This document shows positions 1-12,600 of a DNA stretch of 64,000 bases, one piece after another. The stretch is from Macrostomum lignano (Eukaryota). The position numbers and the translations under genes were made by a program. How positions within the stretch are numbered: the stretch's first letter is position 1; every line of letters begins with the position of its first letter. The notes under the pieces were generated by a model. It saw only the letters and a list, made by a program, of their open reading frames with translations. It had not been told where the DNA came from and did not search any database. The stretch spans positions 62,001 to 126,000 of the forward strand of contig NIVC01002184.1 of assembly GCA_002269645.1 (NCBI GenBank), read 5' to 3'.

Positions 1-545
1 TGGATAGGGAGTAGGGTAAGACTGGATAGGGAGTGGGGTGAGACTGGATAGGGAGTGGGGTGAGACTGGATAGGGATTGGGGTGAAACTGGATTGGGATT
101 GAAGTGAGAATAGATATGGACTGGGGTGAGACTAGATGAGGATTGGAGTGAGAATAAATAGGGAGTAGGGACTAGGGTAAGACTGGATAGGGAGTGGGGT
201 GAAACTGGATTGGGAGTGGGGTGAAACTGGATAGGGAGTGGGGTGAAACTGGATTGGGAGTGGGGTGAAACTGGATTGGGAGTGGGGTGAAACTGGATAG
301 GGAGTGGGGTGAAACTGGATAGGGAGTGGGGTGAAACTGGATAGGGAGTGGGGTGAGACTGGATAGGGAGTGGGGTGAGACTGGATAGGGAGTGGGGTGA
401 GACTGGATAGGGAGTGGGGTGAGACTGGATAGGGAGTGGGGTGAGACTGGATAGGGAGTGGGGTGAAACTGGATTGAGAGTGGGGTGAGACTGGATTGGG
501 ATTGGAGTGACAATAGATAGGGACTGGGGTGAAACTGGATAGGGA
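1..545 (+). repeat. Intronic minisatellite, 22-bp G-rich unit (GTGAAACTGGATAGGGAGTGGG)
   Basis: 22-bp periodicity read directly (e.g. GAAACTGG at 311 and 333); lies upstream of the NUP205 acceptor at 635. Confidence 0.95.
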
Positions 546-635
546 CTATAATGAGACACTGAATAGATAGAAGGGCGATGCTGAAGTCACGTGACCCTAA
601 AAAGCACTCGTCGGGACCCACCCCGGCCCTCGCAG

Positions 636-3600
636 GTGAAGTGCCTCCGTGACGGCACCGACAAGGCGGCCCGCATAGTCGCCAGCTACGCCGCTCAGGG
701 CCTCCAACCTCCCGCCGGGCTGCGGCGCGACTTTGAAGACCTGCTGAGCATCCTGGCCAGCCTGTACCCAGCCGGCGGGGACTGCGAGCTCACGCTGGAC
801 TACTGGCTGGGCGGCGAGGCCGTGTCCAACGATCTGTTCAATCTCAGCAAATCTCGGCCTAGCAATCGGCAAGTTGCCTTGGCCAAATTCCTTCGCTTAG
901 CCAGCGATGTTGTGCTGGCTCCGTCGCTGTACATTCCGTTCCTGCGCCTGCTGGCCAGGCTGTCCTGCGGCCGCACCCAGGCCAGAGCCTGCTACGCCAT
1001 GCTGCGCGCCGGTAGCTTCTCGCTGAGCCGGCAGGCCTCTGTACTGTCCTGGGATCATTTCTATTCCAGTTTGAGGATGTACCTGAAAACTCTGCAGCAG
1101 GAGCTGCCGGCCCAGTTTGGCGCAGTGTCGTCTGCCAACGCTGTGGTTTATCCGCACCTGTACCAGACTCCCCAGCTGCAGCTGCAGTACCAGAGACAGC
1201 AGCAGCAGCAGCAGTTGGCGATGGGCAGACGAACCGGTGGCGCGGGGATCTCGCCATTGGAGCTGGAGGGTCTTATGCAGGTGAGATATCACCTATGCAA
1301 GTATCAGTGACAGTATCATTGACAGTATCAGTGACAGAATCAGTGACAGGATCAGTGACAGGATCAGTGACAGTATCATTGACAGTATCAGTGACAGTAT
1401 CAGTCACATTATCAGTGACAGTGTCAGTGACAGTATCAGTGACGATATAATAGACAGTATCAGTGACAGTATCATTGACAGTGTCAGTGACAGTGTCAGT
1501 GACGATATAATAGACAGTATCAGTGACAGTATCATTGACAGTATCAATGACGGTATCATTCACAGTATCATTGACAGTATCATTGACAGTATCAGTGACA
1601 GTATCATTCACAGTATCATTGACAGTATCATTGACAGTATCAGTGACAGTATCATTCACAGTATCATTCACAGTATCATTGACAGTATCATTGACAGTAT
1701 CAGTGACAGTATCAGTAACAGTATCAGTGACAGTATCATTGACAGTATCATTGACAGTATCAGTGACAGTATCAGTAACAGTATCAGTGACAGTATCATT
1801 GACAGTATCATTGACAGTATCAGTGACAGTATCATTCACAGTATCATTGACAGTATCAGTGACAGTATCAGTGACAGTATCATTCACAGTATCATTGACA
1901 GTATCATTGACAGTATCAGTGACAGTATCATTCACAGTATCATTGACAGTATCATTGACAGTATCATTGACAGTATCATTGACAGTATCAGTGACAGTAT
2001 CATTCACAGTATCATTGACAGTATCAGTGACAGTATCAGTGACAGTATCATTCACAGTATCATTGACAGTATCATTGACAGTATCAGTGACAGTATCAGT
2101 CACATTATCAGTGACAGTGTCAGTGACAGTATCAGTGACGATATAATAGACAGTATCAGTGACAGTATCATTGACAGTGTCAGTGACAGTGTCAGTGACG
2201 ATATAATAGACAGTATCAGTGACAGTATCATTGACAGTATCAATGACGGTATCATTCACAGTATCATTGACAGTATCATTGACAGTATCAGTGACAGTAT
2301 CATTGACAGTATCATTGACAGTATCAGTGACAGTATCATTCACAGTATCATTCACAGTATCATTGACAGTATCATTGACAGTATCAGTAACAGTATCAGT
2401 GACAGTATCATTGACAGTATCATTGACAGTATCAGTGACAGTATCATTGACAGTATCAGTGACAGTATCAGTGACAGTATCATTCACAGTATCATTGACA
2501 GTATCATTGACAGTATCAGTAACAGTATCAGTGACAGTATCATTGACAGTATCATTGACAGTATCAGTGACAGTATCATTCACAGTATCATTGACAGTAT
2601 CAGTGACAGTATCATTCACAGTATCATTGACAGTATCAGTGACAGTATCATTCACAGTATCATTCACAGTATCATTGACAGTATCAGTAACAGTATCAGT
2701 GACAGTATCATTGACAGTATCAGTGACAGTATCATTCACAGTATCATTGACAGTATCAGTGACAGTATCAGTGACAGTATCATTCACAGTATCATTCACA
2801 GTATCATTCACAGTATCAGTGACAGTATCATTCACAGTATCATTGACAGTATCAGTGACAGTATCAGTAACAGTATCAGTGACAGTATCATTGACAGTAT
2901 CAGTGACAGTATCAGTGACAGTATCATTCACAGTATCATTGACAGTATCAGTGACAGTATCATTCACAGTATCATTCACAGTATCATTCACAGTATCATT
3001 GACAGTATCAGTGACAGTATCAGTAACAGTATCAGTGACAGTATCATTGACAGTATCAGTGACAGTATCAGTGACAGTATCATTCACAGTATCATTGACA
3101 GTATCAGTGACAGTATCAGTGACAGTATCATTGACAGTATCATTGACAGTATCATTGACAGTATCATTGACAGTATCATTGACAGTATCAGTGACAGTAT
3201 CATTCACAGTATCATTGACAGTATCAGTGACAGTATCATTCACAGTATCATTGACAGTATCATTGACAGTATATCATTGACAGTATCATTGACAGTATCA
3301 GTGACAGTATATCATTGACAGTATCATTCACAGTATCATTGACAGTATCAGTGACAGTATATCATTGACAGTATCATTGACAGTAGCAATGACAGTATCA
3401 TTGACAGTATCAGTGACAGTATCATTCACAGTATCATTGACAGTGTCAGTGACATTATCAGTGACAGTATCAGTGATAGTGTCAGTGACAGTATCATTGA
3501 CAGTATCAATGACAGTATCATTGACAGTATCAGTGACAGTATCAGTGACAGTATCATTCACAGTATCATTGACAGTATCAGTGACAGTATCAGTGACAGT

Positions 3601-6600
3601 ATCATTCACAGTATCATTGACAGTATCATTGACAGTATCAGTGACAGTATCATTCACAGTATCATTGACAGTATCATTGACAGTATCAGTGACAGTATCA
3701 TTCACAGTGTCAGTGACAGTATCATTGACAGTATCAGTGACAGTATCATTCACAGTATCATTCACAGTATCATTGACAGTATCATTGACAGTATCAGTGA
3801 CAGTATCATTCACAGTATCATTGACAGTATCAGTGACAGTATATCATTGACAGTATCATTGACAGTAGCAATGACAGTATCAATGACAGTATCAGTGACA
3901 GTATCATTGACAGTATCATTAACAGTATCAGTGACAGTATCATTGACAGTATCATTGTGCTGCTCCCTTTAACCTGTGTTCGGCAGGTGCTGCTGCTCAT
4001 CGGAACCGTCGCTCATCACGAGCCCGAGCTGCGCTTCGAATTCTGCGAAAATACCGCCTGGCAACCAATCGGCCTGTTTGTGGGCTTCCTTACCTGCACA
4101 GTGCCGCTGTGCTTGAAAGCTCGCCTGCTTGCCACCCTGACTGTGTTTGCTGAGACACCCCAGCTGAGCGTCACTGTCTGGCAGGTGAGGCTCAACTAGT
4201 TAGTAACGTACCCGAGATGTTCATATAGGAACCGGAGGTGGTGTCCCATATGGATATTTTTCATAGGAATATTTTCCTGCAGGTATATTTAGGAATTTTC
4301 CCACAGGGATATTTAGATATATTTTCCCATAGGGATATTTTCCCATTGAGATATTTTCCCATAGGGATCAGGGTGTATTGTTCCCATCTGAGGATCAGGG
4401 GGTACTGTTCCCATCTGAGGATCAGGGGGTATTGTTCCCATCTGAGGATCAGGGTGGGTATTGATACGGGTACTTGCAGCTCACAATGACCTTATTTGAC
4501 AATAGGATCTGACACCCAAGTGATCATGCGACTATTAACCCAGCCTGCTCGCCCAACCCCCAGGCCCTGCAGCAGTCCAGGTGCTTGACCCCGCCCAGCG
4601 GTTTCGGCCTGTCAACCGGCGGCCCCCCAAGTGTTGCTAGCCTGACAGCCGAGGTGGACGAAGCCGAAGCTCGCGTTGAAGAGTTTCCGCTGACCAGATC
4701 GGCGCTGCGCCTTCTGCTTCAGCTGCTGCTCAGTCAGCAACAGCACTGGCAGCAGCTTCATCAGCCGGGGAAGTCTGGCAGCGGCGGCGGCGGATTCTGC
4801 GTTGTTGACGCGTCAGCGCTTCGCTTTGTAAATGAAGTGGTGTTCTTGAAGCACGCGATGCGCTCCTACAGGCGGCCTGCCGAGCGCTGGAGCATTGCGG
4901 CTACCTGTATTGAGGTGGGCGCCCCCTGCTGTGTGCTTGGTTTAACATAAGAAGCCCACTCTGTGCATGTATGGCATCGATTGCCCTTTGTATGAAACCG
5001 ATTCCCCCTCAGTATGAAACCGATTCCCCCTCAGTATGAAACCGATTCCTCATCAGTATGGAACCGATTCCTCATCAGTATGGAAGCGATTCCCCCTCAG
5101 TATGAAACCGATTCCCCTTCAGTATGAAACCGATTCCTCATCAGTATGGAACCGATTCCCCTTCAGTATGGAACCGATTCCCCTTCAGTATGAAACCGAT
5201 TCCTCATCAGTATGAAACCGATTCCTCATCAGTATGGAACCGATTCCCCCTCAGTATGAAACCGATTCCCCTTCAGTATGAAACCGATTCCTCATCAGTA
5301 TGGAACCGATTCCCCTTCAGTATAGAACCGATTCCCCTTCAGTCTGAAACCGATTCCTCATCAGTATGGAACCGATTCCCCCTCAGTATGAAACCGATTC
5401 CCCTTCAGTATGAAACCGATTCCCCCTCAGTCTGAAACCGATTCCTCATCAGTATGAAACCGATTCCCCCTCAGTATGAAACCGATTCCCCCTCAGTCTG
5501 AAACCGATTCCTCATCAGTATGGAACCGATTCCCCTTCAGTATGAAACCGATTCCTCATCAGTATGGAACCGATTCCTCATCAGTATGGAAGCGATTCCC
5601 CCTCAGTATGAAACCGATTCCCCCTCAGTATGAAACCGATTCCCCCTCAGTCTGAAACCGATTCCTCATCAGTATGGAACCGATTCCCCTTCAGTATGAA
5701 ACCGATTCCTCATCAGTATGGAACCGATTCCTCATCAGTATGGAAGCGATTCCCCCTCAGTATGAAACCGATTCCCCTTCAGTATGGAACCGATTCCTCA
5801 TCAGTATGGAAGCGATTCCCCTTCAGTATGAAACCGGTTCCCCCTCAGTATGAAACCGATTCCCCCTCAGTATGAAACCGATTCCCCCTCAGTATGAAAC
5901 CGATTCCTCATCAGTATGAAACCGATTCCCCCTCAGTATGAAACCGATTCCTCATCAGTATGAAACCGGTTCCCCTTCGGTATGAAAGCGATTCCCCCTG
6001 AATCTGAAAGCGATTCCCCCTGAATCTGAAAGCGATTCCCCCTGAATCTGAAAGCGATTCCCCCCTGAATCTGAAAGCGATTCCCCCCTGAATCTGAAAG
6101 CGATCCCCCCTGAATCTGAAAGTGATTCCCCCTGAATCTGAAAGCGATTCCCTCTGAATCTGAAAGCGATTCCCCGTCAGCATGAGCAGCTCTGAACCGT
6201 CCCTTCCCCCGCACCGGCAGATCTACCTGGCCGTGCTGCAGCGAGCGTGCAGCCGCTACAACCCGGTTTACCAGCAGCATCTGCAGCAACAACAACAGCA
6301 GCAGCAGCAGCAACAGCAGCAGGAGACATCAGCAGACATCTACATTCTGTCCTTGCTGCTGTCCGAGTCTCCAACGCTGCGCCAGCTGCTGCAGCTGGTG
6401 TCAGACGCTGCCAGATTCATGGAAAACCAGACGCCGCAGCATCGCCACTCGGAGCTGATGCCGGCGGTGCACCGGGCCGCCTTCTACGCTTTGCTGTTGC
6501 TGGACAAATTGCTGCTGCACCAGGAGGAGCTGCTGGCCGTGCTCAGGTTTGCGATCGCTTGAGTTCGTTTATTTATATTGAATATGTATTGTTCAGCGAA

Positions 6601-9600
6601 ACAATGAGGTTGTAGCCTAGTGGTTAGAGCGTCGGACTCGCGACTTGAAGGTCGGGGGTTCGATTCCCGATCCCACTGGAACAATTTGTGTCCTTGAGGA
6701 ATACACTCAACTCTGCATTGCTTCACTTAGTTCACCCAGCTGTGAAAGGGGTGCCAGCATTAGCTGGGGTAATTGAGGGTGTGTGTGGCGAACCCCCAGT
6801 CCTTAGACTGAACAGACGTACGCAGCCTTCAGATGCGCCGCGCAATAGCTTCGGCTGAGCTGTCGGTTGCACATCTGGCCCAATCGGGGCAGGTGTAATC
6901 AATTATTATTATTAGCGAAAGCTAATCGGTTAATGGTAGCTTAGCCAGGGTTTAAATCTGGAATTTAGAATCTGGGCATCATCACTTGAATTCAATATCT
7001 GGCGCCAGATCTACAGCTGCTTGAGTTCCATATCTAGCGCCAGATCTACAGCTACTTGAGTTCCAAATCTAGCGCCCGATCTACAGCTGCTTGAGTTCCA
7101 TATCTAGCGCCAAATCTACAGCTGCTTGAGTTCCATATCTAGCGCCAAATCTACAGCTACTTGAGTTCCATATCTAGCGCCAAATCTACAGCTACTTGAG
7201 TTCCATATCTAGCGCCAGATCTACAGCTGCTTGAGTTCCATATCTAGCGCCAAATCTACAGCTACTTAAGTTCCATATCTAGCGCCAGATCTACAGCTGT
7301 TTGAGTTCCATATCTAGCGCCAGATCTACAGCTGCTTGAGTCCCATATCTAGCGCCAGATCTACAGCTGCTTGAGTTCCATATTTAGCGCCAAATCTACA
7401 GCTACTTCAACCGGCTCCCACTCTACCCGATCCCAATTCAAACTCGCAGAGAATTCGGCGGCGGCAGCGTCGGCGGCGGCCTCGGCGTCCGGCCAGCCCA
7501 GCTGCTGGCCACGGTAAGCCTGGCGGGCAGCCGGCGCCCGGACCACCTGGCCAGCCTGTGCCGCATTGTCGGCCAGGCCGACACAGCGCCGCATCACGCG
7601 CGCCTCGCGCTTAGCATTTTTCGGCGCGCCGTTGGTCAGACGCAGCCGCACAGCGGCCTGATCGGCGCCCTGCTGTCCGACGCCGACACGCGGCGCGAAA
7701 TTCTGCGCGGCTTCGCCTGCTGGCTGGAGGCCGACCAGCCGGCGGTGGCGTCGGCTGCTGAAGAGGCCGACGCTCTGGCACTGATGGACGCCAGCGTCGT
7801 ATCCGCTTCGGCTATCGAACGGGCGGCCGCTTTGGTTTCAACTAATATGGCTTCCATAGCAACGGCCATGGCAACGCTAGCCGATGACGCCGAGGATGTC
7901 GAGGAGACCGGCCAGCGTCAGGAGGCCGAGTTTGCCGCGCTGGCCGCCGAGGCGGCTCCGGCCTGCCGCACCAGCGTCCTGCTGCTGCTGCTGCACTGCC
8001 TGGACCGGTCGGCCCCCAACCTGGCCCACTTCCTGCTGGGCTACCGGATGGACGGCCGGCTTGCCGAAACTCAACTGCAGGTGCGCGTCTGTTTTCCTTG
8101 GCAGCGGCCATAGCAACTGTGGTGCCATAGTTCAAAGCGCAGTAGTTATTTAGTTGCCATAGCAACTGTGGTGCCATAGTTCAAAGCGCAGTAGTTATTT
8201 AGTTGCCATAGCAACTGTAGTGCCATAATTCTAAGCGCAGTAGTGATTTGGTTGCCATAGCAACGGTAGTACCCTAATTCTAAGCGCAGTAGTGATTTCG
8301 TTGCCATGGCAACGGTAGTGCCCTAATTCTAAGCGCAGTAGTGCTTTGGTTGTCATGGCAACGGTATTTGTGCGGCTGCAGTGATTGGGTGTCCATAATG
8401 CCATATAAAAAATTACTTCATATTGCAATCTGAAATCTGACTGCAGGAACCCGGCGTCAATGGCTATCCCAAGACCTGCCTGCACTCGCTGATGTCCCTG
8501 ATGCGTCGGGCCGCCGATCCCGCTGCCACAGCTGTCTTTGCGGACAGCGAACATGCCGACTTTGCTCTGGCCTACCGTCTGGCCTTCTGTCTGGCCGTCA
8601 ATGTCGACACCTCGCCGAGTTTCCTGCGCTACCTCCGCGCCGGCTCCGAGTTCTTAGCCGGCCAGTTGGCCTTCCTGCTGGCCTCCGCTCGGCGCCAGCA
8701 ACCGCAGGTACAGTTATAATTAGCAAATCGAAAGGCAGATATTCTTACAAAATATATTGAAGGGTGGCGTGGTTCATCAAAATCATCGATGATTATGCAG
8801 TAGCGGCACATCAAAGGGGTCGATCATTATGGGGTAGCGGCACATCAAAGCCATTAATTTATGGGGAAGCGGCACATCAAAGCCATTGGTAGTTATGGGG
8901 AAGCGGCACATCAAAGCCATTGGTAGTTATGGGGAAGCGGCACATCAAAGCCATCGGTAGTTATGGGGTAGCGGCACATCAAAGGGACCGATAGTTATGG
9001 GGTAGCGGCATATCAAAGGGATCGATAATTATGGGGTAGCGGCACATCAAAGGGATCGATAATTATGCGGTAGCGGCACATCAAAGGGATCGATAATTAT
9101 GCGGTAGCGGCACATCAAAGGGATCGATAATTATGCGGTAGCGGCACATCAAAGCCATCGGTAGTTATGGGGTAGCGGCACATCAAAGCCATTAATTTAT
9201 GGGGAAGCGGCACATCAAAGCCATTGGTAGTTATGGGGAAGCGGCACATCAAAGCCATTGGTAGTTATGGGGAAGCGGCACATCAAAGCCATCGGTAGTT
9301 ATGGGGTAGCGGCACATCAAAGGGACCGATAGTTATGGGGTAGCGGCATATCAAAGGGATCGATAATTATGGGGTAGCGGCACATCAAAGGGATCGATAA
9401 TTATGCGGTAGCGGCACATCAAAGGGATCGATAATTATGCGGTAGCGGCACATCAAAGCCATCGGTAGTTATGGGGTAGCGGCACATCAAAGGGACCGAT
9501 AGTTATGGGGTAGCGGCACATCAAAGGGATCGATAATTATGCGGTAGCGGCACATCAAAGCCATTAATTTATGGGGAAGCGGCACATCAAAGCCATTGGT

Positions 9601-12600
9601 AGTTATGGGGAAGCGGCACATCAAAGGGACCGATAGTTATGGGGTAGCGGCATATCAAAGGGATCGATAATTATGGGGTAGCGGCACATCAAAGGGATCG
9701 ATAATTATGCGGTAGCGGCACATCAAAGGGATCGATAATTATGCGGTAGCGGCACATCAAAGCCATCGGTAGTTATGGGGTAGCGGCACATCAAAGGGAC
9801 CGATAGTTATGGGGTAGCGGCACATCAAAGGGATCGATAATTATGCGGTAGCGGCACATCAAAGCCATTAATAGTTATGGGGAAGCGGCACATCAAAGCC
9901 ATTAATTTATGGGGAAGCGGCACATCAAAGCCATTGGTAGTTATGGGGAAGCGGCACATCAAAGCCATCGGTAGTTATGGGGTAGCGGCACATCAAAGCC
10001 ATCGGTAGTTATAGGGTAGCGGCACATCAAAGGGATCGATAGTTAAGGTGTTAGCGGCACATCAAATCCATTTTTTAGTTTTAAGGCAGCGGCACATTAA
10101 AAGCATAGAGGCGCATTAAAAGCAAATCGGTAACTGCTTTTAACCTACAAGATTTTAAAAAATGAGCAACCCTCACTCGCAGGCGCTGACGCCCAGACGC
10201 CAGGCACTCGGTCGCCTGCAGAAGGCCTGGCTACTCCGCCTGCTAGCTGTTGACCTTCGCTGCGCCGCCCTGTCAAATCAGCGCGGCCACGCCGTCAAAC
10301 TGGTGCGCGCCCTGCTCGGCGCCGATTGGACCAGCGGCGCAGAGCGAAGCGCCCTGGATCAGGTGTACAGCTACGGGGCCCCGCAGCGGGACGACACCCT
10401 GCTGTCGCTGCTGGACAGCCTGGCCAGCGAGGAGCTGCTCGCCGCTGAATTGGCCGACGACGACGACGAAATCGCCGCCGCCGCCTCTGGCACGGTCGTC
10501 GACATTGACGACGAATCAACGGCCGTCACTGCAGCGTCGCGAACGGCCCGGCCGGAGCTCCTGGGCGGCGCGACCCGGCTGCGCCATCTCAATCGGCACA
10601 GCGTGGAGGAGATGCTGCGCGCCTGCGAGGAGCAGCTGCCGGCCGGGGCCCGCGTCACCAGCCTGCAGGCCCTGGCCGCCAATCTCTACTCTGGTGCCGC
10701 CGCGGCCGCCGCCGCCTCAGGGGCCGGCGTTCAACAGCGGGCTGAGCTGGAGGCGGAGATTCGGCTGGTGCTGCGGCTTGCCGAGAAGCGCAACGCCCGG
10801 TGCCTGGCCGAGCAGGTGAGCAGCGGAAGGGTTGCTTAAAAACATGTGTTAAGATGTATTCAGAACTGGGATTTTATCCCACAACAATGGTTAAACTGGG
10901 ATTTTATATCACAACAATCGTTAAACTGGGATTTTATCCCACAACAATTGTTAAACTGGGATTTTTTAACCCACAACAATGGTTAAACTGGGATTTTATC
11001 CCACAACAATCGTTAAACTGGGATTTTATCCCACAACAATGGTTCAACTGGGATTTTATCCCACTACAATGGTTAAACTGGGATTTTATCCCACAACAGT
11101 GGTTAAACTAGGATTTTATCCCACAATATTGGTTAAACTGGGATTTTATCCCACAACAGTGGTTAAACTAGGATTTTATCCCACAAAAATGGTTAAACTG
11201 GGATTTTATCCCACAACAATGGTTAAACTGGGATTTTATCCCACAAAAATGGTTAAACTGGGATTTTATCCCACAACAATGGTTAAACTGGGATTTTATC
11301 CCACAACAATGGTTAAACTGGGATTTTATCTCACAACAATGGTTCAACTGGGATTTTATCCCACAACAATGGTTTAACTGGTATTTTATCCTATTTTTCT
11401 TACGCAGGGCCGCTTAGCCATGGCGGACGGGTGGCGCCAGACGGCCGAGGTGCTGTTCTCCGCCTGCCCGCCTGACTGGAGCGCGCCGACGCCTCCGCTT
11501 CGTCGGGCTCTGCTGGCCGAGTTCTTGGACAGACTGCTGGCCGCGCTAGGCGGAGACAGCGATGCCAGCGGCGCTAGCGGCTTGGCCGCGTCACTTAGCA
11601 ACACTGTGGCACTGCTCACCTCCGGCTTGGTGCACAGCCTGCTGGCTTCAGGCGGAGCGCAGGACAGCTTGGCTGACGATTCCACGGCTTCTTCCGTGCT
11701 TCAGGCAGCTGACCGACACTCCAGCGTGCGGACCGCTTCGCCCACCGTTGGTGAGGGATTGTAGCTCATATGCGTTTTGGATTATGCATGTTTTTTAGTT
11801 CTCTAGGATAAATAGGTGAGATTTTGTACCTTTAGTAGGGGTGAGATTTTGTAGATTGTTGTTCGGGGTGAGATTTTGTAGCTTTGTTAGGGTTTAGATT
11901 TTGTAGCTTTGTTAGGGTTTAGATTTTGTAGCTTTGTTAGGGTTAAGATTTTGTAGCTTTGTTAGGGGTGAGATTTTGTAGCTTTGTTAGGGGTGAGATT
12001 TTGTAGCTTTGTTAGGGGTGAGATTTTGTAGATTGTTGTTCGGGGTGAGATTTTGTAGCTTTGTTAGGGGTGAGATTTTGTAGCTTTGTTAGGGTTTAGA
12101 TTTTGTAGCTTTGTTAGGGGTGAGATTTTGTAGCTTTGTTAGGGTTTAGATTGTGTAACTTTGTTAGGGGTGAGATTTTGTAGCTTTGTTAGGGGTGAGA
12201 TTTTGTAGCTTTGTTAGGGGTGAGATTTTGTAGATTGTTGTTCGGGGTGAGATTTTGTAGCTTTGTTAGGGGTGAGATTTTGTAGATTGTTGTTCGGGGT
12301 GAGATTTTGTAGATTTGTTAGGGTTGAGATTTTGTAGCTTTGTTAGGGTTGAGATTTTGCAGATTGTTGTTAGGGGTGAGATTTTGTAGCTTTGTTAGGG
12401 GTGAGATTTTACGGATTGTTGTTAGAGGCGAGATTTTGCAGATTGTTGTTAAGGGTGTGATTTTTTAGCTTTGGTAGGGGTGAGATTTTGCAAATTGTTG
12501 TTAAGGGTGAGATTTTGCATATTGTTGTTAAGGGTTAAACTTTGCAGATTGTTGTTAGGGGTGAGATTTTGTAATTTCTGTTAGAGGTGAGATCCATTTT

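Noticed and set aside
1273-3850. Long ORFs (656, 353, 207 aa) of TDTV/TVS repeats
   Set aside because: They are translations of a 12-bp intronic array inside a phase-consistent NUP205 intron, with no independent gene signals.
4990-6180. Recursive-splicing sites in the 22-bp unit (CCCCTCAG/GTATGA)
   Set aside because: The AG and GT share the same G (AGT), so these are not AG|GT ratchet sites; only decoy acceptors remain possible.
6608-6680. Possible tRNA gene
   Set aside because: A and B boxes are present, but the anticodon and acceptor stems do not pair properly and the sequence continues into a SINE body.
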